A DNA stretch of 64,000 bases. It comes from Phallusia mammillata (taxonomy: Eukaryota). Position 1 is the stretch's first letter; each line of letters opens with the position of its first letter. The stretch lies in NCBI GenBank assembly GCA_965637545.1, contig OZ281496.1:24366001-24430000 (forward strand). The letters are read 5' to 3'. Positions 42,020 through 54,900 of this stretch are shown here, piece by piece. The translations under genes and the position numbers were made by a program. A model generated the notes under the pieces. The model had not been told where the DNA came from. It saw only the letters and a list, made by a program, of their open reading frames with translations, and ran no database searches.

Positions 42020-45000
42020 GTTGCCAGAAGAGCTTGATAAATTTAAAACAAATCTAATTATTTCTTCACAAAAAAATATATTTTTAAGAACCATTGGTTT
42101 AGTGCTTGTGAGCTTGCGAAAATTAGCAAGGATATTAATTGTAGTACAAAATTGACATCGTGGTGATATATGTGACTCAGTGTGCCTAATTATTCTTTTT
42201 CTTCGAAAACAAAGAAGCAACAATTGCAATGAATCGAGAAAAATACGTGTTTTGTTAAATTTAAATCGAAAACTCCAATTTTACGATACATAACCTGTAA
42301 AAACTACCAATAATAAACAAAAATAATTACTAATACAATTATAAAAAACATTTACATGTTTCTCACATTATTATGCTTAATTACTGAATTCCCGTAAAAT
42401 AACTCTAATGTCTCGTTTGTTATAAGTTTTGCATATATGCCGAAAAATTGCCTTTCGCAGACTCTCTTTTTTTCTGTGATTAATGTCGCTTTTCCAGTTG
42501 CAAGCCCAAATACATTCCAGACCGAATACTTCTTCCTAGCAAGACGATTAAGAAAACGCTCCTAAAATTCACAGTAAGGACTCCTAGTTAATTAATTCAT
42601 GTGTCTGCGCTAATTATAGAGGCGCGAATCAAGCCATCTCGCCCTATACAAGTCATATGTCACATACTTAGGCAGTGGAATTTAATGCTTGTGATACGAA
42701 TGCCCATCAAAGGGCCTAAGTAGTCATCCCATGTTTAGATGATCAATACTTGGATGGTGTCTTGCTTGAAGTTGATTCTGATTTGCTAAACTAACCACGT
42801 GCTATGGGTTGTAGTTTGTTTGAATTTTGGCTGCCAACTAAGTTACATATATTTTCTTGCTGATACAATATTTTGTCCCTATAGTTCATTGAGTACAATC
42901 ATATAAATAGCATGATGCAAATAAAATTAAAAAAAATATTCTTAAAAACATGATATATTTGCAAACTTTTAGACATGTGCAATATTTATTGTTTCCATCT
43001 TATCCTATGCTTGAATGACATTGTTTGTTGGTTTTGTTTGATGGTGTTGATTATCGCAGTTTTTAAAGCCGTTGAAGTATGATACCAAACTTTCGTTCCA
43101 AAAACCTTGCTTTAAAAATTGCATCAAAAACGAAATTTTCCAATTTTACTGCAGCACGTCAAAACACCTAATTGGTTGCTATAAACAGTTTCGAAACAAT
43201 TTATCGAAACTAAACCAACTAGTAACCACATCCCCGGATGCGTCTAGCACGTTGAACCAATCAACACTAGCAACTATTTGAAACCACCAGCACTAGTAAT
43301 TTCGCGTTGAGTCATGACGCTTAAACCCATTTCATGTCTTGAGTTCGGAAACGAATTGAAGAGATGAAAAGTGGAGCCTCAATTAGCTTACAAGGGCGTC
43401 GGCTGAATGTTAACAAGTCCCATCAGGTCGAAATCTGCAAAGTCATCTCCTCGTTCTGGCAGGAAGGCCTAATGACGATTATAATTGGACGGAATACGGA
43501 TTTCGTACCGTCTGGGAATTCCCCTAAAACCAAATTATTGGAAACGCTAAAAAATGGGTCTGTCAAAGTTTGAGCCTTGGTTGTGGTGCCTTAACACTAC
43601 AATTGCAGTATTTATGGCTCCTAAAACATTTTTATTACTTATTTAAAGGCACATTACACAGTAAACCTCGGTCAATCTGGACCCGTTCGGACCAAAAAAT
43701 TATGCGAAGATCCGGATTAACCGATGTCGATTAGTTAACCACATTACAAATCATTAGTAACTCAAGTTTTGTCCGATCATTAGATGATTTAACTATGCTT
43801 TTTAGAATGTTTAAATCACCGAGTAAAATCAAATTCAAAATGTTCCTCAATAGCTTTTAGACACAGAAAAAATCTGATTGTTAATCATTAAATATAAAAG
43901 AAAAGCAAGTCGTAAAAAAAAATTTTTATTTCAATTTCAGGCAAATCAGTTCTGCAGTTTTTAAATAAGTGTTGTTCGTGATACAGTCGTACACGTTGTC
44001 GTATTACTTAACACGGTAGGTTATGTAACAGGTTACGCTTGGGTTGTCTTTCGCAAAACCTCGTGTCCACCACTTGGAACCCATTGTAATCATTGTACCC
44101 CACGCGTCAGAACATGCAAAAATATAAAAAATGTCTTAAGCGTTTTTCGGATTTCCAAAGTTATTTAAAATGAGGATATTGAGTCAAAAAAGTTACCACG
44201 CAAATATATAAGTTATGAATATAGGTAATTTGTAACTGATTTTTCATTTTTAATTGAAATGCTTTTTGTATCACCTTTTTTTGTGTTACAAGGCGTTGTA
44301 TTTCATTTAGCTTTGTATGATGTGTGTTAGTGGCAGCACAGTGCGCGCCTACAATGCAAATTAAAAAACTATGGATTTTGCGCTTTAGCGGTAGGATTCT
44401 GCTACTCTCGTCCAAAGTATATTTTAACTCATATGCCACTTTGGTTAAATAATTAGCAATGCGTGATAAACGTAATTCCACTTTTACGCAGCACGATTTC
44501 CCAAATTAACTGGCCACGCCATTTATTACATATACATTACATAGTACCGCACCTTGTCAGTCATAGCAATACAAAACGCGTGGCAAAACAGCTCCAGGGC
44601 GTTTTAACGTCCATCATGACAACGTGACTTGCACCCGTTTCCGTATAAAGCGCCAGCACTAATCCAATACCGGCTCCACGCTACTTCGTGATTGTATGGC
44701 ATCGCCGAATTATGACATAGCATAACTGTGTCAACGTATCTAGACTATTTTTATTTGTTTTTTCGCCTTTTTCCCCCGGAAATTGCCACAGTTTGTTTGA
44801 GGCGTCGCGCCTGCTGTGTTATGGTTGCTTGTTACGGGGGATGTATTTTGGCGTTTTGCTCATTTCCCGAAACCACTGTTGGTTACGTGATCGAGGAAAA
44901 GGGTTAAACCATATTTGTACACGTTTCCAAAACAACCCACACGTGAACCTGAAAAATATACAATTTAAAAGATATCACCTAACACCCTTAGTCTTTCCGA

Positions 45001-48000
45001 CCCAACTAACTTTAACGTGTCGTACCCCCTAAAAAATGTTTGTTACCTATAAAATATGTTGAGATGAACATAAATTCAAGTGGAATCAGCCATGAAGCGT
45101 TCATGCAAACCGGCGATCACGACACACTCATTTCTAAATCATGTACGCCAGGCCTATTAAAGGCGTTGTATAATCAGCCGGTCACCAAGCATTCCCATAA
45201 GGCATCTCCAATATGAGTTGCATATGATTTTTTGTTAATTTTTACCCGCTGTTAAACACGCTTATTAACTCCATCAGTCTTTTATTCACCAGTTAAACGC
45301 CAAATACGCACATAGTTACGAAGGTAGGATGAGTTAACTTTAGTACCTCTGTTGTCCCCATTTGCACTTAGATTAACTCCCATACAGTTACGTCAATGCA
45401 TGAAGCTTTTGTATTTTTAACAAGTTTACCAGGTGTAGGCGGGTTTCCTGACATCGCTACGTATTAGTGTCGATTCCATAAAGTATATACCGTCATGGCA
45501 TTTTACTCACTGTACAAATAGAGGTTGTCAATGCCGTTTGTGCAGTTGCTTGTTTCCTAATTACGAAGTATCATGCGGCACTGTCAGGCCAATGCTTTTT
45601 TACACGGAATGTACAGTAGGCTAAACCTTGGTCAATCTGGACACGTTTGGACAAAAATTGTACTGATTGGGCGAAGGTCAAAATTAACCAACGTCGGTTA
45701 GTTGAAGCCTTAACACATTCCATATCATTTGTACCTCAAGTTTTGTCCGAATAAGACGAACGGAATCCGGTTTCACCGAGGTTTGCTGCATTTTGGGCCA
45801 AATCGAAATAGTAGCAAGGCCATAAGGAAACAAATGTATTGAACATGATAAATAGCAGGGGGTATTTTAAAACTTGCTGTTGAAAATGAGATTTGGAGGT
45901 CACAAGTGGAATAAAGCTATGAGTAGCGCTGGGGCTAAGGTGTATAACCTTTGCAGTCGTGATCCGACCTATAGGTGATTAGCGCTGGTTCCCTCACGCT
46001 CTGCAACAGAATCTGTTGATTTGTGCCAGATACATAAGATCGTGCAGATATTTACTTGTCGGCATGTGGCAGAAGTAACTGAGAAATTGCTGAAATTTTC
46101 TTGCATTTGAATTGTAAATCAGCAGCCTTTTGTTGAAACCGTTCTTCACAGGGGTATATTAACAAAATCTTGTCATGCCTTGTTCTTACTAAATCGTCTC
46201 ATATGCTTGTTGTATGATATAACCGTTTATGAAAGTGAACCGCATGCCGAAATGAATAACTTTTTTTTCGTAAAAAATCTACATCACGTGTCAAAAAATT
46301 AGAGCTCTAAAAAGTGTAGTCGTATTTTTAATGATCATTCACATATTTTGCAAGATCACAATGTGTGAAATGCCCCCCTTCAACGCTAGTTCGATAAGCT
46401 GTGAAAAGGATATTGCAAATAATCGGCTTTCAAGGTATGCTTCAGTTAAATACCGGAAAATTGAAATATTTTAAAATACTTCACAAGCTTTTGGAAAAAA
46501 CTACACGCTACATTGGTTGCTAAGCGTAAGTTCATACGTTTAACATTTGGCACACTTGCTTAGGAACATTGCAAAATTTGGTTACAAAGAAAAGTAATCA
46601 TAAAAAATGTCCAGTTTTCGTTGGTGCTGCATCTTATACCATGGGTCAGTACTGGACATACCACAACCACAAAAACTACGTCACTTGTTGCTCACACTGC
46701 GTCATAATTGTAGGACGCGCTCCGCGTTAGAAGAAGGGCGACGAGAAGCACTGCCACCATGACAACGTGTTTTATGCCGCCCAATGCCTCGGGCCCCACG
46801 CATCAGCCCTTCCACTACTTCTGCGCCTTCATAGGTGGTGGGTGGTGATAGGTTTGGCAGATATAACGATCAGGCATTGTGGAATATTTTGCTGTGCCAA
46901 GTAGTTATGGCAAGGTAATGGTAAAGGTGCTTTAATTCCTGCCATTGGTTGTTAGTAGCAAGGTGCAGGTTTTTGTGTAAGTGACTTTAAGCTTGTTCGG
47001 GTGTGATTGAAAAAATACCCTTGTGCGTCTTGAGTTGAGAGATATCTTTTAACGGAATTTGAATGCATGTTGGTAAAACGCTTTTAACTTAAAGTGCATT
47101 TTGATGGTAATGGCGCATTTTTTGTCTTGTAAATAATATTGTTTCAGCAATTCTTGCGTAAAAAAAGATGGATGTACATAAAACTTACTGAACTTTTTTT
47201 TTACAAAATTCGCGATATATGGATGATTGTGCCTAAGTTGCCTTACGTTGGAGCAACAAAAGAAGTGATTTGTCTAAAATTCAGAAAACATAATAAGATT
47301 GTAAAAAAATAAGTCTACTTTAAAAATTCTATAAAAAGGAATCGTTTCCATACATGAAATTGCGGCTTCGTTCTAATTGGTTATATAATTGCACGAAGAT
47401 TAAGCCCTGAGCGGTAAATTACGAGATTTGAAAATAAATTGCGGCCTATTTGACTTCTTATGGACCTTGTTTCACCTTGATACTTTTGGTTTTAATTTTT
47501 ACAGCGGACTTTTGGCAAGATGTTCGATTCGTATTCACGACAAGGCAAGCCTTTAGTTTGTTTGTTTGTTTAAGTTCCAAAACCGGTCTATCCAATTCGA
47601 ACTCGTTTATTAATGACATTTTCGTGCGTTATGTATGCAACAGTTGAAAGGAAGCAAGCTTGTCTTCTAATTACCGCTTCGTGCTTCAATATTTATTTTC
47701 AAACCAAGTAATTTTGTCGTGTTTTATAGTTATTTCCGAAACGTTATTATATTATGATTTATACGTTACACGAACATAGGTCAAACGATTCGGCCGTAGT
47801 TTATATACTTATTACCTAATTGTACACACCTAACAAGCAAAATAAAAGTTCCCAAAAACGGCGGCATAAGGATCGTTAATTAGACGTGTAGTGTATACTT
47901 TTATGGCAAGTTTATAGCTTGACACAGTAAGCGGTTTCCGCAACATTGCAATTATAAACATTGTTTGAATTTACATGCACCCAGTAACTCTGTTTGAATA

Positions 48001-48968
48001 AGAAAAACTTGATGTCATATAGGCAAATATATATATTTTCAAGTTTGCATTGACCGTTCCCATAGTTATCAGCGTATATATAGAGTTTTAGGCGTAGCAA
48101 TGTATGGAAGTCAGGACAAGATCTCAGTGTTTAAAGCGTTTTGTACCTAACGTACATGCTGTAACATAGGAGCACGTCAGGACACATCGGTTCAGCTTGG
48201 GTCCATCGGTGTTCAACGAACACCCAGGAGACATACGTGCACCACGCTTCGTAGTAATATTATCACATGTTCCGGTTTTCGTTTTGATCATACATTTCCG
48301 TGCGTTTGTTGACCGTTCAATAGATTATGGTATGATTCTTCTGCAATGAGCATAAACATCGGCGTGCTAAAATATATGGGCGGTAGTGGTTATCCTGTAG
48401 AGTTTATGGCGATGCCCTTGTATAAACAAACGCAATAATTACAAAATTAATGACTTGATTATATTGCGGGCCCGTGTTTGTACGAGAATAGAATGATTTA
48501 AATTGTAATTGGTTTCATTCTTGGAAATACAGTTCGTCGAACATTATGCGTTTAAACGTCATGCCAAATGAAACTTTGACGTCGAGATAACCAGTAAGCC
48601 ATTTTTCACGGTCTTGTAAGTTTTTTTTTCTACGAACTTTATGCTTTCCACTCAACCAATCAAGCAATAAAACCGTAAAAACATCCGTATATGATTTGTC
48701 TGGGACATTGCATCAGGCAAAAAGAGTTCAAACGAAAGCCTGAAGCTATTTGGTTTGATATAGCGCCCAGACTTAAAACAACAAACCAGGAAGGTGGGTG
48801 GAACCGCAGTTAGAATCTCGCGTCTCCCACGAGGAAATACACACGCAACTGGTCTTCAAGTTTTTGTATATCAACAGCATATGGTTTCCTTACCACGTTC
48901 ATTTTCCTTATGTTCCAGAACGTACTGTTTTTTGTCGCCAGTAATCGCCACACTTAGTAACTAAAACC

Positions 48969-51900
48969 ATGTGGGCGTCGCGCATCTTTCTGCTGCTCGT
49001 CGCGGTGATGACGTCACAGCCGGTATGGGGTCACGTGAGGTTGACCTTTCCGCCGGCTCGAACATACCAGCTTGATTTCATGGACAACGTACGGACAACA
49101 GGCCCTTGCGGTTTTCCGGCATATGCAGGTACATAACTGATGAGAGTTGCAAATGGCCTAAAATTTGGGTCCGAACTGTATTGTAGAAACACAAGCCCGA
49201 TTTCATGGAAAAAATAACGCGCGAATCAGACCCGAAACTTGGTGAAAACGGCGTAAAAATGGTGACAAGTGTAAGGGCCCAAATCAAGCCAGTTTTGTTA
49301 AAACTTATGCCCCGACTCGACCCAAAAACCCCGGCCCGACTTACAATTTTGACTTGATGTTAAAACACCTTGCCAAATTTCCAGAACAAACTGATACAAA
49401 TGTAAAAGCTTTAAGGCAATATATGATAAGCAAGCTGTAGACAGTGCACACTGTTTCAACCCATACGATCTCATCAATGCACAAAAAATAGGCCGTATAA
49501 CTTTAAAAATCTGTTCGCAATGATCTTATCCGGTTTCATCGCTCATGCCAGAGATAAAAATTAGAAAATACGATAAGGGGCTAAATGAACGCTTTTTGGC
49601 ACTAATATGCAGTAAACCTCGGTTCATACGGACTCGTTTGGACCCAAAAACTTGTCCGGATTAGTACCTCAGGTTTTGTCCCAATTAGGCACAGGTCCGG
49701 ATTAACCGAATCCGATTTAACCGAGATTTACTGTATTTCAAACCTATTTCATAAATGTATTTTTCTATTCAAATTAGCTCTTACAGTCTACGGTTTCGTT
49801 TGTCAGCATAACGTAGGATGTAGGCTACTGAACGTGGGTCAGAATTCAATTATCCTCAGGATCTCAGCCTCCTCATTTTTGCCAAATCACGACGCCAGGC
49901 CTAATTCCGCGTATTGTGTCAGAACCAGCGTCTCACCAAAGCCCGCTGCGAGCGTGACATCTTGTTTTCTCCATGTTTTAAGCAGTAATATTTGCAACAC
50001 AATGACAATCCTAAGCGCTTGCAAACAAGTGTTCTTACATGACCCGATAGACATAACGTTTGCATGGTGAAATATCTACCGCTTTCTCAGGAATTCAAAA
50101 ACACAATGCGATGATTTGCATGTTTTTGTTGCAAATTAGTCAGTTCAAAGATCAAATTTGCAGACAAAAAGAGCCCTCACTTGACACAATGCCACGATTG
50201 GTTGTTTTTTAGCCTGTGTTCAGTCCATGGTTATACCGAGCGTTTAGTGACATTTTATATGTTTTTAGGAGCACCAAGGACCACTTTGGTTGAAGGAACG
50301 TCTTTGCGAATTGAATGGCATCTGGCTTATTCACACAGAGTAAGTCATAGTGGTGTGCAATTGAAATAAGCTTCTGCATCTTTTTGATTTTTTACGCCTA
50401 CTTTATGCCTAGTAAAATGCACAGTTCCCATGATTGTTTTTATTAGTTGATATTACGGAGAGGCAATAATGGCATCTTTTCATGTAAAAACTATAATCTT
50501 CTAAAGAGCAACTATTTTCCATTTAGGGAGGCGCGGAGCTTCAAATTATCCAGGAAAATCCCACTCGAGTATTGGCAAGTCTTACCCACGGACGGTTTCT
50601 TTTCCAAAACGACTCTACGTAAGTAAAACTCAAGGCATGCAAAAGACACAAATCCACAAAATCAACATTTGTCAATTTTACAGTCGCCAATACGCCGATG
50701 TTGTTTTACCTGTCGGTTTGACGTGCAACAATTGTTCGATTCGATTGTTACGTCAGGCTTCGGAATGGTCTGCTGCCTACCGATTCTGGAGCTGCGCTGA
50801 CGTCACTATCCTATCTCACCCCGATTCAAGCAATGTGACATGTGCCACCCCTCCACCACCGGTTACCAGCCCAGCAGGACCAGCCGGTGAACCGGAGCCA
50901 ACCAACGAACCAGAGCCAGCCAACGAACCGGAACCAACTAACGAACCGGAGCCAACACACGAGCCGGAACCAACCAACGAACCGGAACCAACTCACGAGC
51001 CGGAGCCAACCCATGAGCCGGAGCCAACACAGGAACCCGAACCTACACACGAACCGGAGCCAACAAATGAACCAGAACCAACCAATGAACCGGAGCCAAA
51101 CAACGAGCCTGAACCTTCTCCTGAAACAGGCACTTCCGGTAGTGGCAACAACGTCTGCTTTCCAACTACAGCATTGCAGCCAGCGCTGTGTTATGCAGGA
51201 AAATGTCTTAACGGAGGCACCTGCGATTCCGGCACTGGAAAATGCAGTTGCGTGAAGCTGTTCTCTGGAGATCGGTGTGAAAATTATGGTAAGTGCGTTT
51301 CTCTTGGATGACTTTGGCCACATGTACCACAATTTGCGCTCTTGTATGGTTTCGACCAAGACTGATAACAGATCAAACTAGGTTTTCACCGTAAAATTGG
51401 ACAATAAGATGGCATATCTACTTGCGATCATGATATTGATCTGACATACTGCACCACATAGTTCACTTGTGGCTAACGGGTGTTGTGTAAAACTCCACAG
51501 TTATGTACCATTTGTGGGAAACAGGAATGTGGGAATTTGCTTTTGTCTTCAGCAACAATAGTGTTTTGTAAAACATTTGCAGCAAAATCATGCACATTTA
51601 ATCCCCATCAACTTAACTTTAACATTTAAAACTTTTTTTTTTTAAAACCATTCGTATTTAGGCATCTCTGGATTCCAAATTTAAGTTAGGTTTAAGTCTC
51701 TTTGCTCATTGTTGTTTCATTTTTTCCTACACAGACCAATGTTGGAATGATGCGGATTGTGGCAATGGAAAGTGCATTGACACCAGGTCCACCACCTTCC
51801 CCAAGCTGCTCTGTTACTGCAATCCCGGTTACCATGGTGACAAGTGTAATAAAAGTAAGAACATTTTCTTGTATGTTTAGTAGGTAAGACTAGTTTTTTA

Positions 51901-54900
51901 TTGACTAGTACAATATTGGCCTAAATACGCTTTGGTGTAACCGTTAAGCCAAAACCCTGTATTTCCAAACCATCTAAGAATTAGGTACTGTGTTCTAACC
52001 CAGTTTCTCGGCGGTGCGCCTAGGTAGCTAGCCTGATGCGCCCCAAAATGAGTTAATTAATATGATAAGATCCTTTAAGTGAAATGACTTTTCCCTGGGG
52101 TAAAAAAATTAAGAAACACTGCTTTAACCAAATAAATTGCCAAATGACAAATACAAGGCTCGTAAAATAAATCGTATCTTTTTCCAGCCTCTCAGGTCGA
52201 GATCCAAAGCAACTATTCGAGCAACAGCGAGTACTGGAGCCGCGAACTTCTCCCTGGCAGAGTCTATCTCCACTGGAAGCTTCTCAGCAACAACCAAGAG
52301 ATTGAAATTGCCATAAGAGCCCAGACACTCAGCTGGGTGGGAATTGGCTGGAGACCCCGTAGTTTGACCAATCAATGTCGAGGCCAGTTCCCGACTTTGG
52401 AGAGCAGACCAAGTATCGATGCTTCAAGAGCTACATGGGTTGACAGTTTGAAGAATGAGCCAATCACAGCCGTAAGTTGTTTGTCGGACTCCCAAGTGTA
52501 AGTATCAACATAATTGTCTATAAAGCAGTTGTGTTTTAGAAAAGTCCATCTGAGGATCCGGAAATTTCTATCGAACAAGGCCTTGAAAGCCAGATTGAAG
52601 CCAATTGCAACGGTGGGCCCAATCCCTCACCTGGGGGACCAGCAGGCTCTCCGGAACCAACGCACGAACCAGAGCCGGAACCAACCAATGAACCCGAACC
52701 AACACACGAGCCGGAACCAACCCACGAACCAGAGCCAACTCATCAACCAGAACCGGAACCAACCCATGAACCAGAGCCAACTCACGAGCCAGAACCGGAG
52801 CCAACCCATGAGCCAGAACCAACCCACGAACCGGAGCCGACCAACGAACCGGAACCAACACACGAGCCGGAGCCGACCAACGAACCGGAACCAACTCATG
52901 AACCAGAACCAACCCACGAACCGGAGCCGACCAACGAACCGGAACCAACACACGAGCCGGAGCCGACCAACGAACCGGAACCAACTCATGAACCAGAGCC
53001 AACCCATGAACCAGAGCCAGGTCCAACCAACGAACCAGAACCGGGACCAAGCGGGGAACCAGCACCGGAACCACAACCGGGTGCTGAACCAGGACCAGGC
53101 AGCAACAGCGGAGGAGAATTTCACGGCATGGACTGCGTTGACGTTGTTATTGGTTCAGTCAAAGGTAACCATAATTCAGTATGCTCTGGTCCACGCTGAG
53201 CAAATTTAATGACCTGGTTTTATTTTCAGATTCCCTACATCGTGTGCAGGATATGTACACACGTGATCGCTCAACCCCTCGCGCAGATAATTTCTACGGC
53301 GGCTCAGATGACATCACAGGTTCTGCTGGTTCGCAAGTAGATGGTTTCACCACGATTGCCTTCAGGAAAAGGCTTCAAGGTAATGACTAAGTTCGGCTTT
53401 TCAAGCACCTAAACCCTACCCTAAAGCGAAATGTCACATCTTCTAGCCTATGCGCAGTCCCGTTAGATTGTTATTTCAAGCATTTCACTCGAAAAGAAAA
53501 ATAAACATGGTTGCCTTCCTAGATTACGAGTGGTTCTAAATGGTTTCCAACACATATATGAAAGTTTTTCACCGTTTTAGCCATTACAATGCTGAATACC
53601 CGAGTAACTAACAATTGATTTTACGTAGCTACACACGGAAGCGATCATCCAATTGAAAACCTTCTCACCCACGTGATTTGGGCAATGGGACAAAGTATCG
53701 ACCAATATTTCCACTCTCCTCGCTCGGGTCTTGAGTCTTGCACGGCCAGCGATTACAGGTGATTTCTTGGCCATTGATTTGTTCATTTTTGTCGTCACTC
53801 ATAAAAACTATGTTTAAGATGCGAGTATAAATGGCTTTGTGCATACAGATTATAACATTATAACATAACCAGGAAATAAAAATGTCGCTTATATGACTTT
53901 TTACTAAAAGCTATAGTGGAAATGCTGTATGTAACTCTGAAATCTTACTTGAGTAACTTTACTAGTTTTTTGTAAAACTTGAAAAAAACAAAGCACCGTT
54001 TTATGCCACCTGAAATGTGCTGGGACATTTACATCTAATGTATATCTCATTGCACAACACCGTTCCATTAAATTGCCCCCGGGCAAGTGGCTGCATTTTC
54101 GTCATGTTTTTCTGGGGGATTTGCTTTGAAGTTACCTGGCCAATTTGTAACTGAACCTACATTTATTTTAATTTAAAACTCTGTGACATTTTGCCTGTTA
54201 GCAAATTTCCATTCGTTTGTCAGTAGCAAACAAGCGTATAATACCACTTATGATGGCATCCGCATTTGGAAAAACGTTTAAGAGTGAAACATGTTGCCGT
54301 TTACTTCTATTTAGGCTAATATATTTCGCATAACACTTGTGGACACTTTCATGTACTGTTTCAATAGCAATTCAAACATACCCGAGTTTTATTGACATGT
54401 AATAATCATGTATTTGTTGTTATTGTACGTGTCCCATTTGGGTTAAATGTGTGCGAGAACTAGGTACGACTTTTCGCCAATTTCTATCTCTCCTTGTGTT
54501 GCTGTACAGATTTTATCGCCACGACGAGATCAAGTATCACGGTTCTGGTAGCCAAAGAAGGGGAGTGGTCAACATGAATTTCTACGGTGGGTTACATACT
54601 GAAATTTACAGATCTTAAGCCTAATCGCAGGTTGCGAGTCAGGGCATTTTTTCAACTTTATATTTTCGTTACACAAAAACAATAAACCTAATTGAATGGT
54701 GTGTCTGCAAACAATTTGTAAGTGAAAAAAGTTTCAGATTATTATCAATTTATACGCTTTTTGCCCATTGGTCTGAGTGCGATTCAGCTTTGCCTGCGCC
54801 GGGTTTTAAACTTAGTCGGTGCTTTTTAACCATTTTAGTGGCACGAAACCCTTAAGATATTTTGTCAAAAATGTCCGAACCCCCATAAAATAACTTTGAT

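Noticed and set aside
41777-42229. 150-aa minus-strand ORF overlapping a hammerhead motif, considered as Penelope RT/GIY-YIG
   Set aside because: No RT or GIY-YIG motifs; composition looks like non-coding AT-rich DNA.
50826-53209. Long ORFs 50826-51359(-), 50842-51255(+), 52514-53209(+), 52568-53074(-), 52627-53124(-)
   Set aside because: Shadow frames of the stop-free EPEPT coding repeats; only the EPEPT frame splices in phase with flanking domains.
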